A DNA stretch of 64,000 nt from NCBI GenBank assembly GCA_047602705.1, contig JASGGR010000002.1:1908-65907 (forward strand), given 5' to 3'. Positions 39,146 to 48,361 of this stretch are shown piece by piece. Made by a program: the position numbers and the translations under genes. Below the pieces are notes generated by a model that was not told the DNA's origin, searched no databases, and was given only the letters and a program-made list of their open reading frames with translations. Position 1 is the stretch's first letter. Every line of letters starts with the position of its first letter. The DNA is from Sphingomonas bacterium. Lineage in GTDB: Bacteria; Pseudomonadota; Alphaproteobacteria; Sphingomonadales; Sphingomonadaceae.

Positions 39146-40179
39146 GCGGTGGCGGCGCGCGCCTTGAGCATGTCGAGAGCGACATCGGTGATCATGTCTT
39201 CCTGCCCGCCGACCATCTTGCGTTTGCCGAGTTCGACGAGGATGGCACGGGTGTCGAGGCCATAGGTCTCGGCGGCCTTCTCGGCATGGCGCAGGAAGGA
39301 GGAATAGACCCCCGCGTATCCGAGCGCGAGCGTCTCGCGGTCGACGCGCACCGGGCGGTCCTGCAACGGCCGCACGAGGTCTTCGGCGGCGTCCATCAGC
39401 GCCATCACGTCGCAGCCGTGGTTCCAGCCCTTGCGGTCGGCGGCGGCGACGAACACCTCGAGCGGCGCGTTGCCCGCGCCCGCGCCCATGCCCGCAAGGC
39501 TCGCATCGATGCGCACCGCCCCCTCCTGCGCCGCCACGATCGAGTTCGCCACGCCGAGCGAGAGGTTGTGGTGCGCGTGCATCCCGCGCTGCGTGTCGGG
39601 CCTGAGCACCCGGTCATAGGCGCGCAGCCGGTCGCGCACCCCGTCCATGTCGAGCGCCCCGCCGCTGTCGGTCACATAGACGCAATGCGCGCCGTAGCTC
39701 TCCATGAGGAGCGCCTGCTGGGCGAGCGCCTCGGGCTCGATCATATGGCTCATCATCAGGAAGCCCGACACGTCCATGCCGAGATCGCGCGCGATGCCGA
39801 TATGCTGCCTCGACACGTCCGCCTCGGTGCAATGCGTCGCCACACGCACGGAGCGCACGCCGAGGTCACAGGCGCGGCGCAATTCCTCCACCGTGCCCAC
39901 GCCGGGCAGGATCAGCGTGGTCAGCACCGAGCGGGTCAGCACGTCCGCCACCGCCTCCAGCCATTCCCAGTCGGTATGCGCGCCGAAGCCGTAGTTGAAG
40001 CTCGCGCCGCTGAGGCCGTCGCCATGCGCCACCTCGATCGCGTCCACCCCCGCCGCGTCGAGCGCCTTGGCGATCGCGCGGACATGGTCGAGGCCGTACA
40101 TGTGGCGGATCGCGTGCATGCCGTCGCGCAGCGTCACGTCCTGGATGTAGAGCTTCTGCGTGTTCACGTCGAAGGTCAT
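39142..40179 (-). CDS. dmpG: 4-hydroxy-2-oxovalerate/hexanoate aldolase
   Basis: [40 protein letters not shown]. Confidence 0.95.
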   Translation of the reverse strand: MTFDVNTQKLYIQDVTLRDGMHAIRHMYGLDHVRAIAKALDAAGVDAIEVAHGDGLSGASFNYGFGAHTDWEWLEAVADVLTRSVLTTLILPGVGTVEELRRACDLGVRSVRVATHCTEADVSRQHIGIARDLGMDVSGFLMMSHMIEPEALAQQALLMESYGAHCVYVTDSGGALDMDGVRDRLRAYDRVLRPDTQRGMHAHHNLSLGVANSIVAAQEGAVRIDASLAGMGAGAGNAPLEVFVAAADRKGWNHGCDVMALMDAAEDLVRPLQDRPVRVDRETLALGYAGVYSSFLRHAEKAAETYGLDTRAILVELGKRKMVGGQEDMITDVALDMLKARAATA

Positions 40180-41117
40180 GCCGCCGCCCTCCGCTCGAGG
40201 ATGCGCCGGGCGAGCAGTTCGCCGGTCGCCCTGGCCGCCGCCGTCATGATGTCGAGGTTGCCCGAATAGCTCGGCAGATAATCGCCCGCCCCTTCCACCT
40301 CGAGGAAGATCGAGGTCCTGATCCCGGTGAACTCGCCCATGCCGGGAATCCTGAGGCGGTCGTTGTCGCCGTAGCGCTCGAACTGCACGTCCTGCTTCAG
40401 CCGATAGCCGGGGACATAGGCCTGCACCTTCGCCACCATCGCCTCGACCGAGGCGCGGATCGCCGCCTCGTCCCCGCCTTCGGACAAGGTGAACACCGTG
40501 TCGCGCATGATCATCGGCGGTTCCGCCGGGTTGAGGATGATGATCGCCTTGCCCCTCGCCGCGCCGCCGACTTCCTCTATCGCGCGCGCGGTGGTGCGGG
40601 TGAACTCGTCGATATTGGCGCGCGTCCCCGGCCCCGCCGAGCGCGACGACACCGACGCCACGATCTCGGCATAATGGACCTTCGCGACCTGCGACACGGC
40701 CGCGACCATCGGGATCGTCGCCTGCCCGCCGCATGTCACCATGTTGACGTTGGGCTGGTCGAGATGCGCCTCCATGTTGACCGGCGGCACCGTGAACGGC
40801 CCGATCGCCGCCGGGGTCAGGTCCACCACCTGGATGCCGTCCGCGCGCAGCGCCGCGTCATGCGCCTTGTGCGCATAAGCCGAGGTCGCGTCGAACGCGA
40901 TGCCGATCTCGCCATAGCAGGGGAGCTTCCTCAACCCCTCGATCCCCTCGTGCGTCGTCGCGACGCCGCGCGCCCGCGCCATCGCCAGACCCTCCGACGC
41001 CGCATCGATCCCCACCACCGCAGCCAGTTCCATATGCTCCGATCCTCGAAGCATCTTCACCATCAGGTCCGTCCCGATATTCCCCGACCCAATGATCGCA
41101 GCCTTCACCTTGCCCAC
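40176..41117 (-). CDS. dmpF: acetaldehyde/propanal dehydrogenase (acylating)
   Basis: [41 protein letters not shown]. Confidence 0.95.
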   Translation of the reverse strand: MGKVKAAIIGSGNIGTDLMVKMLRGSEHMELAAVVGIDAASEGLAMARARGVATTHEGIEGLRKLPCYGEIGIAFDATSAYAHKAHDAALRADGIQVVDLTPAAIGPFTVPPVNMEAHLDQPNVNMVTCGGQATIPMVAAVSQVAKVHYAEIVASVSSRSAGPGTRANIDEFTRTTARAIEEVGGAARGKAIIILNPAEPPMIMRDTVFTLSEGGDEAAIRASVEAMVAKVQAYVPGYRLKQDVQFERYGDNDRLRIPGMGEFTGIRTSIFLEVEGAGDYLPSYSGNLDIMTAAARATGELLARRILERRAAA

Positions 41118-41129
41118 GCCGTCAGCCTC

Positions 41130-41909
41130 CTAAACGAAGCGCGCGGTGCAATCGCCCACGCCCTCCAGCGTCATCTCGAACCGATCCCCGGCCACGGCCG
41201 GCGCCAGCGGCACAAGCGAGCCGGAGAGGATCACGTCACCCGCATCCAGCGTCACGCCGTAGCGCCCCAGGGTGTTGGCGAGCCACGCCACCGCCTCCGC
41301 CGGATCGCCCTGCACCGCACGGCCATAGCCTTCGGACAGCGGCGCGCCGTTCTTCGTCACCGTCACATGCAGGCCGGGCAGGTCATGCGCGCGCGGATCG
41401 GCCCGCGCCTCGCCCAGCACGAACACCCCGCAGGAGGCATTGTCCGCCACCGTATCGACGATGCCGATCTTCCAGTCGTCGATCCGGCTGTCCACGATCT
41501 CGAAGCACGGCGCGATGCTTTCCGTCGCGGCCATCACGTCGGCCGCCGTCACGCCGGGGCCTTTCAGGGCATCGCGCAGGATGAAGGCGATCTCGGCCTC
41601 CGCGCGCGGCTGGATCAGCCCGGTGGCGGCGATGTCTATCACGCCGTCCTTCACCTCCATCCGGTCGGTGAGGAAACCGAAGTCGGGCTGGTGCACGCCC
41701 AGCATGTCCTGCACCGCCTTGCTGGTGACGCCGATCTTCTTGCCCACCACGCGCTCCCCCTCGGCCGTGCGGCGCGCGAGGAAGTCGAGCGAGATGGCAT
41801 AGGCGTCGTCCACCGTCAGCGCCGGATCGCGCGCGATCAGCGGCGGCACGGTGCGGCGCGCGCGCAAGGCGGCGTGCAGCTCCGCGCCGTAGCGTTCAGC
41901 GATGCTCAT
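41130..41909 (-). CDS. mhpD: 2-hydroxy-dienoate (2-keto-4-pentenoate) hydratase
   Basis: GKKIGVTSKAVQ, QPDFGFL, EIVDSRI, ADNAS, ILSGS. Confidence 0.9.
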   Translation of the reverse strand: MSIAERYGAELHAALRARRTVPPLIARDPALTVDDAYAISLDFLARRTAEGERVVGKKIGVTSKAVQDMLGVHQPDFGFLTDRMEVKDGVIDIAATGLIQPRAEAEIAFILRDALKGPGVTAADVMAATESIAPCFEIVDSRIDDWKIGIVDTVADNASCGVFVLGEARADPRAHDLPGLHVTVTKNGAPLSEGYGRAVQGDPAEAVAWLANTLGRYGVTLDAGDVILSGSLVPLAPAVAGDRFEMTLEGVGDCTARFV

Positions 41910-42714
41910 CGAGGAACCCGATCGAGTAAAGGTTGAACTCGCCCGCGCGCTCCACCTGCACCCAATGACCGACGCGGGTGAAGCTCATGAACCGCACGTC
42001 CTCGCAGGCTTCGAGGAAATAGCGCGCGCCGCTCGCCGGGCAGAAATCGTCCTCCAGCCCCCAGAAGCCGAGGATCGGCTGCTTCACCTCGCCCAGACGC
42101 GGCGCGAGGTTCGGGGTGCGCATCCGCACCAGCACGTCCTTCGGCTGGGTACGCGCGACGGCATAGCGTTCCGCCACCAGCTCGTCGGTGACGGCCGATG
42201 CGTCATAGACGAGGTTGCAGATCAGGCGCCGCTGCTCCTCGATCGTGAAATCCGGGCCGCCGAAGTTCGACACCATCTTGGCGATGCCGGGCATGGCGAA
42301 ATAGGTCTCGCGCTCCTCGATGCAGCCCGGCGCCATCAGCACGAGGCTGGAGACGAATTCCGGATGATCGAGCGTCATCTGCAAGGCGACCCCGCCGCCC
42401 AGCGAATTGCCGACCAGCGCCGCGCGCGTGACGCCATGGGCGATAAGCGCATCGTAGAGCGTGTCAGTGAAAAGCTGGAGCGTGTAATCCAGCCCCTCAG
42501 GCTTGGAGGACGCACCATAGCCGATCATGTCCGGCAGGATCACGCGATAGCCCGCCGCGACGAAGGCTTCCGCATTCTGCCGGAAGTTCGACGCGCCGGA
42601 CGCTCCCGGCCCGCTGCCGTGGATGAACACCACCGCCGGGCCGCTGCCCATCTCCGCGACGTGGATCTCATGGCCGCCACCGACGACGTGCCGCTTGCTC
42701 GCCAGCCCGCCCAT
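41896..42714 (-). CDS. hsaD: meta-cleavage product C-C hydrolase (4,9-DSHA hydrolase)
   Basis: HGSGPGASGASNF, GNSLGG nucleophile elbow, GHWVQVE. Confidence 0.85.
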   Translation of the reverse strand: MGGLASKRHVVGGGHEIHVAEMGSGPAVVFIHGSGPGASGASNFRQNAEAFVAAGYRVILPDMIGYGASSKPEGLDYTLQLFTDTLYDALIAHGVTRAALVGNSLGGGVALQMTLDHPEFVSSLVLMAPGCIEERETYFAMPGIAKMVSNFGGPDFTIEEQRRLICNLVYDASAVTDELVAERYAVARTQPKDVLVRMRTPNLAPRLGEVKQPILGFWGLEDDFCPASGARYFLEACEDVRFMSFTRVGHWVQVERAGEFNLYSIGFLDEHR

Positions 42715-43922
42715 CACAGGAACATCATCGCAGGAGGCTGGCCCATCAGGCCGCCGATCATGTCCGCCGTCCAGTTGTTCGGATCGTTGGCGACATGCGC
42801 ACGCGCGGCATTGAGATCGAGCCACGGCTGGACGATCGGGCTGGACATGTAGATCGCCCGCCCGCCGAGCAGCGGCAGGATGTCCCCGATCAGGTCCGCG
42901 CAGCGCCGCACCACGGTGGACGACTGGTATCGATAGGCCGATCTCTTCTCCAGCGGGATCGCCTCGCCGCGTTCGGCATGGCCCATCAGGTCGTCGAAGG
43001 TCGCCCGCAGCGCCAGCTCCATCTCATCGACCTGCACCCGGGCGCGCGCGATCGCGGCGTGGAGGATCGGATCGGTCTTGGAGGCCTTGCCCGTGTTGGT
43101 GGAGACGCGATCGGCGGCGATCGCCAGCGCCGCCTCGACCCCCGCCTTCGCACCGCCCAGCGCCGCCGAGGACACCGAGCGGACGAAGACCTGCGCCCAG
43201 GGCAAGGTGTAGAGAACGCCGTCATTCTCCTTCTGCCCCGGATTGCGGCAGTTGAAGCCATCGACCGAGCGGTGCGTGCGATATTCGGGGACGAAGGCGC
43301 GCTCCACCACGATATCCTGGCTGCCCGTGCCCTGGAGGCCGAACACGTCCCAGTTGCGCTCGATCCGGTAGTCCCTGCGCGGCAGGAGGAAGGTGCGCAT
43401 GTCCGGCGCGCCGCCCGGCTCCTTGGGCGGCACCAGCGCGCCGAGCAGCACCCACTGGCAATGCTCCGATCCGCTGGAGAAGCCCCAGCGCCCGGTGAGA
43501 TAGAAGCCGCCGTCGGCATGCTCCACCTTGCCGACCGGCTGGTAGGAGGAGGAAGCGAGCGCCTGATCGTCCTCGCCCCACACCTCCTGCTGCGCGCGAT
43601 CGTCGAACAGCGCCAGCTCGAAGGGATGGCAGCCGACCACGCCATAGACCCAGCCGGTCGACATGCAGCCCTCGGCCAGCAGCTTCTGCACATCGAAGAA
43701 GGTGTTGGGGTGCATCTCGTAGCCGCCCCAGCGCCGCGGCTGGAGGATGCGGAAGAAGCCCGCCTCCCGCATCTCGGCGATCGTCTCGTCGGGCACCTTG
43801 CCTTGTGCGACGCATTGCTTCGCGCGCGCCTTGAGCGCCGGGATCATCGCACGCGCGCGCTCGATCAGTTCGGCCGCCGATGGCGTGCGAGCCTGAGTCG
43901 TGAGCGGAACCGTGGCAGCCAT
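42714..43922 (-). CDS. hsaA: flavin-dependent 3-HSA 4-monooxygenase, oxygenase subunit
   Basis: LQPRRWGGYE, ASSSYQPVG, WGFSSGSEHC, GLQGTGS, ARAHVAND. Confidence 0.87.
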   Translation of the reverse strand: MAATVPLTTQARTPSAAELIERARAMIPALKARAKQCVAQGKVPDETIAEMREAGFFRILQPRRWGGYEMHPNTFFDVQKLLAEGCMSTGWVYGVVGCHPFELALFDDRAQQEVWGEDDQALASSSYQPVGKVEHADGGFYLTGRWGFSSGSEHCQWVLLGALVPPKEPGGAPDMRTFLLPRRDYRIERNWDVFGLQGTGSQDIVVERAFVPEYRTHRSVDGFNCRNPGQKENDGVLYTLPWAQVFVRSVSSAALGGAKAGVEAALAIAADRVSTNTGKASKTDPILHAAIARARVQVDEMELALRATFDDLMGHAERGEAIPLEKRSAYRYQSSTVVRRCADLIGDILPLLGGRAIYMSSPIVQPWLDLNAARAHVANDPNNWTADMIGGLMGQPPAMMFL

Positions 43923-43974
43923 TGCAGCCCCTCCTTATGCGGCCGGCGGTCATCGTCGGCTCAAAATCGCAATC

Positions 43975-44004
43975 TTCGTAATTTCTCTTGCACTATGGTA
44001 CGCA
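43975..44004. promoter_or_regulatory. CGTA-N18-TACG dyad, site 6 (divergent hsaA / hsaC-ipd promoter)
   Basis: TTCGTA-ATTTCTCTTGCACTATGG-TACGCA followed by AATCG. Confidence 0.72.
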
Positions 44005-44093
44005 AATCGTCAATAGAAAAGCTAGACCACGCGATTTGACGGCGGTCCACGAACGATTTCACGCCCTATTTCGGGGAAGGATGGGAGAGAGGC

Positions 44094-44861
44094 TTGGAGA
44101 GCGGCGCGCATCTCGACCTTACCGGCAAGGCCGCGATCGTGACCGGGGGCACGCGCGGGCTGGGCCGGACGATCGCGACCCGGCTGGCGGAGGCCGGTTG
44201 CGCCGTCACCGTCTGCGGCCGCGCCATGCCGGGCAATCTTCCCGCCGACGTCGCCTTCCATCAGGCGGACGTGCGCGATCCCGATCAGGCGCGCGCTTTG
44301 GTCGAGGCGGCGGTCGCGGCGCACGGGCGGCTCGACATATTGGTGAACAATGCCGGCGGCTCCCCGCAGGCCGATGCCGCGAGCGTCTCGCCGCGATTCG
44401 TCGATGCGATCCTGAAGCTCAACCTCGTCGCCCCGCTCTACATGGCGCAGGCGGCGCATCCGCACATGGTGGCGGGCGGCGGCGGGAGCATCGTCAATAT
44501 CGCCAGCGTCTCCGGTGTGCGCCCCTCCCCCGGCACCGCCGTCTATGGCGCGGCCAAGGCGGGGCTGCTCAACCTGACGCAGAGCCTCGCGCAAGAATGG
44601 GGCGTGGCGAACATCCGCGTCAACGCGATCATCGCCGGGCTGATGCGCACCGAGAACGCCGAGGCGACCTATGGCGACGCCGAGGCGCAGGCGGCGGTGG
44701 GCCGCTCGATGCCGCTCGGCCGGATGGGCGACGGCGACGATATCGCGGGCGCGGTGCTCTACCTCTCCTCGCCGCTGGCGCGCTGGGTGAGCGGCGCGCG
44801 GCTCGAAGTCGATGGCGGCGGCGAGCGCCCGTATTTCCTCGATCTGGTGAAGGGAGCCTGA
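44094..44861 (+). CDS. SDR oxidoreductase
   Basis: TGGTRGLG, NNAGGSP, YGAAK. Confidence 0.9.
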   Translation: MESGAHLDLTGKAAIVTGGTRGLGRTIATRLAEAGCAVTVCGRAMPGNLPADVAFHQADVRDPDQARALVEAAVAAHGRLDILVNNAGGSPQADAASVSPRFVDAILKLNLVAPLYMAQAAHPHMVAGGGGSIVNIASVSGVRPSPGTAVYGAAKAGLLNLTQSLAQEWGVANIRVNAIIAGLMRTENAEATYGDAEAQAAVGRSMPLGRMGDGDDIAGAVLYLSSPLARWVSGARLEVDGGGERPYFLDLVKGA

Positions 44862-44865
44862 TGTC

Positions 44866-45783
44866 ATGGGCGTGAAGTCGCTTGGCTATGCCGTGGTGGA
44901 GACCACGCAGCCGGACCGCTGGGACCATTTCCTGACGCAAGTGGCGGGCGCGATGCGCGGCGCGCCTGCGAGCGATGGCGCGGCGTTATACCGCGTTGAC
45001 GAGCGGCCCTTCCGCTTCCGCATCGAGGCGGGCGCGGCCGATCGCCTCGCGGCCTCGGGCTATGAGGTGGAGGATGAGGCCGCGCTCCTCGCGCTGGCGG
45101 AGAAGGTTCGCGCCACCGGCCGCCCGGTCGAGATAGGCACGCCCGAACTCGCCGCCTCGCGCTGCGTCGCCGGGCTGTTCCGCACTACCGACCCCGCCGG
45201 CAATGGCCTCGAATTCTACTATGGCGACCAACGCGCGGAGACGCCGTTCGTCTCCCCCGTCGGCGTGCCGCATTTCGTCACCGGCATCTATGGCATGGGT
45301 CATTCGGTGCTGGCCGCGCCAGATTTCGAAGCGAGCCATGCCTTCTATCGCGACGTGCTCGGTTTCCACGATACCGACCTGCCGCACTTCTTCCTGATGG
45401 GCGGCGACCATGATCCGGGGATGCGCTTCGCCTTCATGCACGCCGACAACGGCCGCCACCATAGCGTCGCGCTGGCCGAGATGCCGGTGCCGCCGTCGGA
45501 GAGCATCCACCTGATGCTCGAGCTGCCCTCGCTGGAGGAGGTGGAGAAGGCGCACGCGCGGATGGTCGCGGGCGGCTACAAGGAATCCGCGACGCTGGGC
45601 GAACACGTCAATGACGAGATGACCAGCTTCTACGTCCAGACGCCGGGCGGTTTCGATCTTGAGATCGGCTGCAACGGGCTGGTGATCGATCCCGCCACCT
45701 GGGAAGTCACCGCGCACGACAAGGTCAGCAAATGGGGCCACGTCTGGGCGTGGCAGGCCGAGGCCGCCGAGGGAGCCGCCTGA
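44866..45783 (+). CDS. hsaC: extradiol dioxygenase (3,4-DHSA dioxygenase)
   Basis: SLGY, GMGH, RHHS, HLMLE, LGEHVND, SFYVQTPGGFDLEIG. Confidence 0.88.
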   Translation: MGVKSLGYAVVETTQPDRWDHFLTQVAGAMRGAPASDGAALYRVDERPFRFRIEAGAADRLAASGYEVEDEAALLALAEKVRATGRPVEIGTPELAASRCVAGLFRTTDPAGNGLEFYYGDQRAETPFVSPVGVPHFVTGIYGMGHSVLAAPDFEASHAFYRDVLGFHDTDLPHFFLMGGDHDPGMRFAFMHADNGRHHSVALAEMPVPPSESIHLMLELPSLEEVEKAHARMVAGGYKESATLGEHVNDEMTSFYVQTPGGFDLEIGCNGLVIDPATWEVTAHDKVSKWGHVWAWQAEAAEGAA

Positions 45784-46661
45784 TGCTCGACAAACGCATG
45801 ACGGCGGCGGAGATCGTCGCCAACCTCCATGACGGGATGACGCTCGGCATCGGCGGCTGGGGACCACGCCGCAAGCCGATGGCGCTGGTGCGCGAGATAA
45901 TGCGCTCGCCGCTGAAGGACCTGACGATCGTCGCCTACGGCGGCGCGGACGTGGGGATGCTGTGCGCAGCGGGCAAGGTGAAGAAATTGGTCTTCGCCTT
46001 CGTCTCGCTCGACGCGATCCCGCTGGAGCCGTGGTTCCGCAAGGCGCGCGAGGCCGGGTCGATCGAGGTGCTCGAGCTCGACGAGGGGATGCTGCAATGG
46101 GGGCTGAAGGCAGCCGCCTTCGGCCTGCCCTTCCTGCCGACGCGCGTCGGGCTCGGCACCGATCTCGCCGCGCTGGGCGGGCTGAAGCTGGTGCAATCGC
46201 CCTATGAGGATGGCGAGACGCTGATCACGATGCCCGCGCTGAAGCTCGACGCGGCGCTGATCCACGTCAACCGCGCGGACTGGCGCGGCAACGTCCAGCT
46301 CTTCGGGCCGGACACCTATTACGACCAATGGTTCGCCCGCGCGGCGGCGCGCAGCTTCGTCTCGTGCGAGGAACTGGTCGACCGGATGGAGGATCATTAT
46401 CCCGATGACGCGCGGTTCAACGAATTCGAACGCTGCTTCGTGAGCGGCGTGGTCGAGATGAAGGGCGGCGCGCATCCCGGCTCGATGCCCCCCGCCTATG
46501 GCTGGGACATGAAGGCGTTCCGCGATTATGCGGCGGCCGCGAAGGACCCCGGCGACTGGGCGCAGGTGGCCGACCGATTCGTCGGCGCGGACGAGCAGGA
46601 TTATCTCGCATCGGTGGGCGGCATGGAATCGGTGGCGAAGCTGCCGATGCCGGTGTTCTGA
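45783..46661 (+). CDS. ipdA: CoA-transferase-fold ring-cleaving hydrolase, subunit A
   Basis: GMTLGIGGWGPRRKPMALVR, FVSLD, FLPTRVGLG; ATG overlaps the hsaC stop. Confidence 0.88.
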   Translation: MLDKRMTAAEIVANLHDGMTLGIGGWGPRRKPMALVREIMRSPLKDLTIVAYGGADVGMLCAAGKVKKLVFAFVSLDAIPLEPWFRKAREAGSIEVLELDEGMLQWGLKAAAFGLPFLPTRVGLGTDLAALGGLKLVQSPYEDGETLITMPALKLDAALIHVNRADWRGNVQLFGPDTYYDQWFARAAARSFVSCEELVDRMEDHYPDDARFNEFERCFVSGVVEMKGGAHPGSMPPAYGWDMKAFRDYAAAAKDPGDWAQVADRFVGADEQDYLASVGGMESVAKLPMPVF

Positions 46662-47462
46662 TGAACAGCAACGTCACTCTCGCCGAACTGTGCATCTTCG
46701 CCGCGTCGGAGGCTTTCCGCGACACGCGCGAGATCATCGCCACCGGGGTCGGCCCGGCGCCCCGGCTGGGCGCGAGCCTCGCCAAGCTCACCCACTCGCC
46801 CGGCCTGATGATGACCGACGGCGAGGCGTCTGGTCGAGCAGCCGGTGCCGATCGGCCCGCGCGGCTATGACGAGCGGCCGAAATCGGCGGGCTATCTGCC
46901 CTTCTCGCGCTTCTTCGACGCGGCGGTGTGGACCGGGCGGCGGCACGCGATGGTGACGCCGACGCAGATCGACCGCTTCGGGCAGACCAATCTGTCGCAG
47001 CTCGGCGGCACGCATCGCCAGCCCAAGACGCAGATGCTGGGCGTGCGCGGCTTCCCCGGCAATTCGGTCTATCACCCCAATTCGATGTTCGTGCCCGCGC
47101 ATTCGCCGCGCGTGTTCGTGGCGGGCGAGGTCGATATGGTGTCGAGCGCGGGCTATAATCCCGCGAAGCGCGTGGCCGGCGGCAATTACGCCGCGATCGA
47201 CCTCCGGCGCATCATCACCAACCTGTGCGTGATGGATTTCGGCGGCAAGGATCACGCGGTCCGCGTCGTCTCGCTCCATCCCGGCGTGACGTTCGAGGAG
47301 GTGCAGGCCGCGACCGGCTTCCCGCTGGAACAGGGCGCGCCCGCCGAAACGCCGCTGCCCGATGCCGAGGCGCTGGCGATCATCGCGCGGCTCGATCCGC
47401 ACAACATCCGCGCGACCGTCATCGCGGGCAATCCCGATGCGGTGAAGGAGAAAGCAGCATGA
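46661..47462 (+). pseudogene. ipdB: CoA-transferase-fold hydrolase subunit B, frameshifted at 46829
   Basis: First frame reads TLAELC...MMTDGEA; the +1 frame continues LVEQPVP...GRRHAM..QIDRFG..GVRGFPGN..HSPRVF; total 802 nt is not a multiple of 3. Confidence 0.85.
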
Positions 47463-48358
47463 GCGACGAGATCGTCCCCCGCCAGCCGCAATCGCCGGTC
47501 TATGAGACCGACACGCCGGTGCGTTACGAAACCGACGGCCCCGTCGCGTGGATCACGATGGACCGGCCGCAGTTCAACAACGCGCAGAACAGCCAGATGA
47601 CCTATGCGCTGGACGCCGCCTTCGGGCGCGCGACCGACGACGACGCGATCAAGGTCATCGTGCTGGCGGGCGAAGGCAAGCATTTCAGCGCCGGACACGA
47701 CATCGGCACGCCGGGGCGCGACCATCTGGTGCCGTTCGACCGCAAGCTCATGTTCGGCGACCACACCACCCGCCCGGCGGCGGAATTGCTCTACACGCGC
47801 GAGCATGAGGTCTATCTCGGTATGTGCCGCCGCTGGCGCGACATCCCGAAGCCGACGATCGCCATGGTGCAGGGCGCGTGCATCGCGGGCGGGCTGACAC
47901 TCGCCTGGGTGTGCGACCTGATCGTCGCCAGCGAGGACGCCTTCTTCCAGGACCCGGTGAACCGCATGGGCATCCCCGGCGTCGAATATTTCGCGCACGG
48001 CTTCGAGCTGCCGCCGCGCGTCGCCAAGGAATTCCTGCTGCTCGGCGAGCGGCTGCCCGCCGCGCGCGCCTATCAGTTCGGCATGGTCAACCGCATGGTG
48101 CCGCGCGAGGAATTGCGCACGGAGACGGCGAAGATGGCGCATGAGCTGGCGCAGCGCCCGCGCCTCGGCAACTGGCTGACCAAGCAGGCGTTCAACCATG
48201 TCGAGGACCTGCGCGGCAAGCGCACCGCGATGGACGCGGTGTTCCACATGCATCATTTCGCGCATGCGCAGAACGATCTCGTCAGCGGCAACTCGCTCGG
48301 CGGGCTGGACGGCAAGGGCATGGCCGCCGCCAACAAGAAGCAGGCGGGCGAAAGCTGA
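47459..48358 (+). CDS. enoyl-CoA hydratase family protein (EchA13-like)
   Basis: NAQNSQMTYALD, FSAGHDI, GACIAGG, MGIPGVEYFAH. Confidence 0.88.
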   Translation: MSDEIVPRQPQSPVYETDTPVRYETDGPVAWITMDRPQFNNAQNSQMTYALDAAFGRATDDDAIKVIVLAGEGKHFSAGHDIGTPGRDHLVPFDRKLMFGDHTTRPAAELLYTREHEVYLGMCRRWRDIPKPTIAMVQGACIAGGLTLAWVCDLIVASEDAFFQDPVNRMGIPGVEYFAHGFELPPRVAKEFLLLGERLPAARAYQFGMVNRMVPREELRTETAKMAHELAQRPRLGNWLTKQAFNHVEDLRGKRTAMDAVFHMHHFAHAQNDLVSGNSLGGLDGKGMAAANKKQAGES

Positions 48359-48361
48359 GTG

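Noticed and set aside
46820-46870. Programmed ribosomal frameshift in ipdB
   Set aside because: No slippery sequence or obvious stimulator; mutation or sequencing error is simpler.
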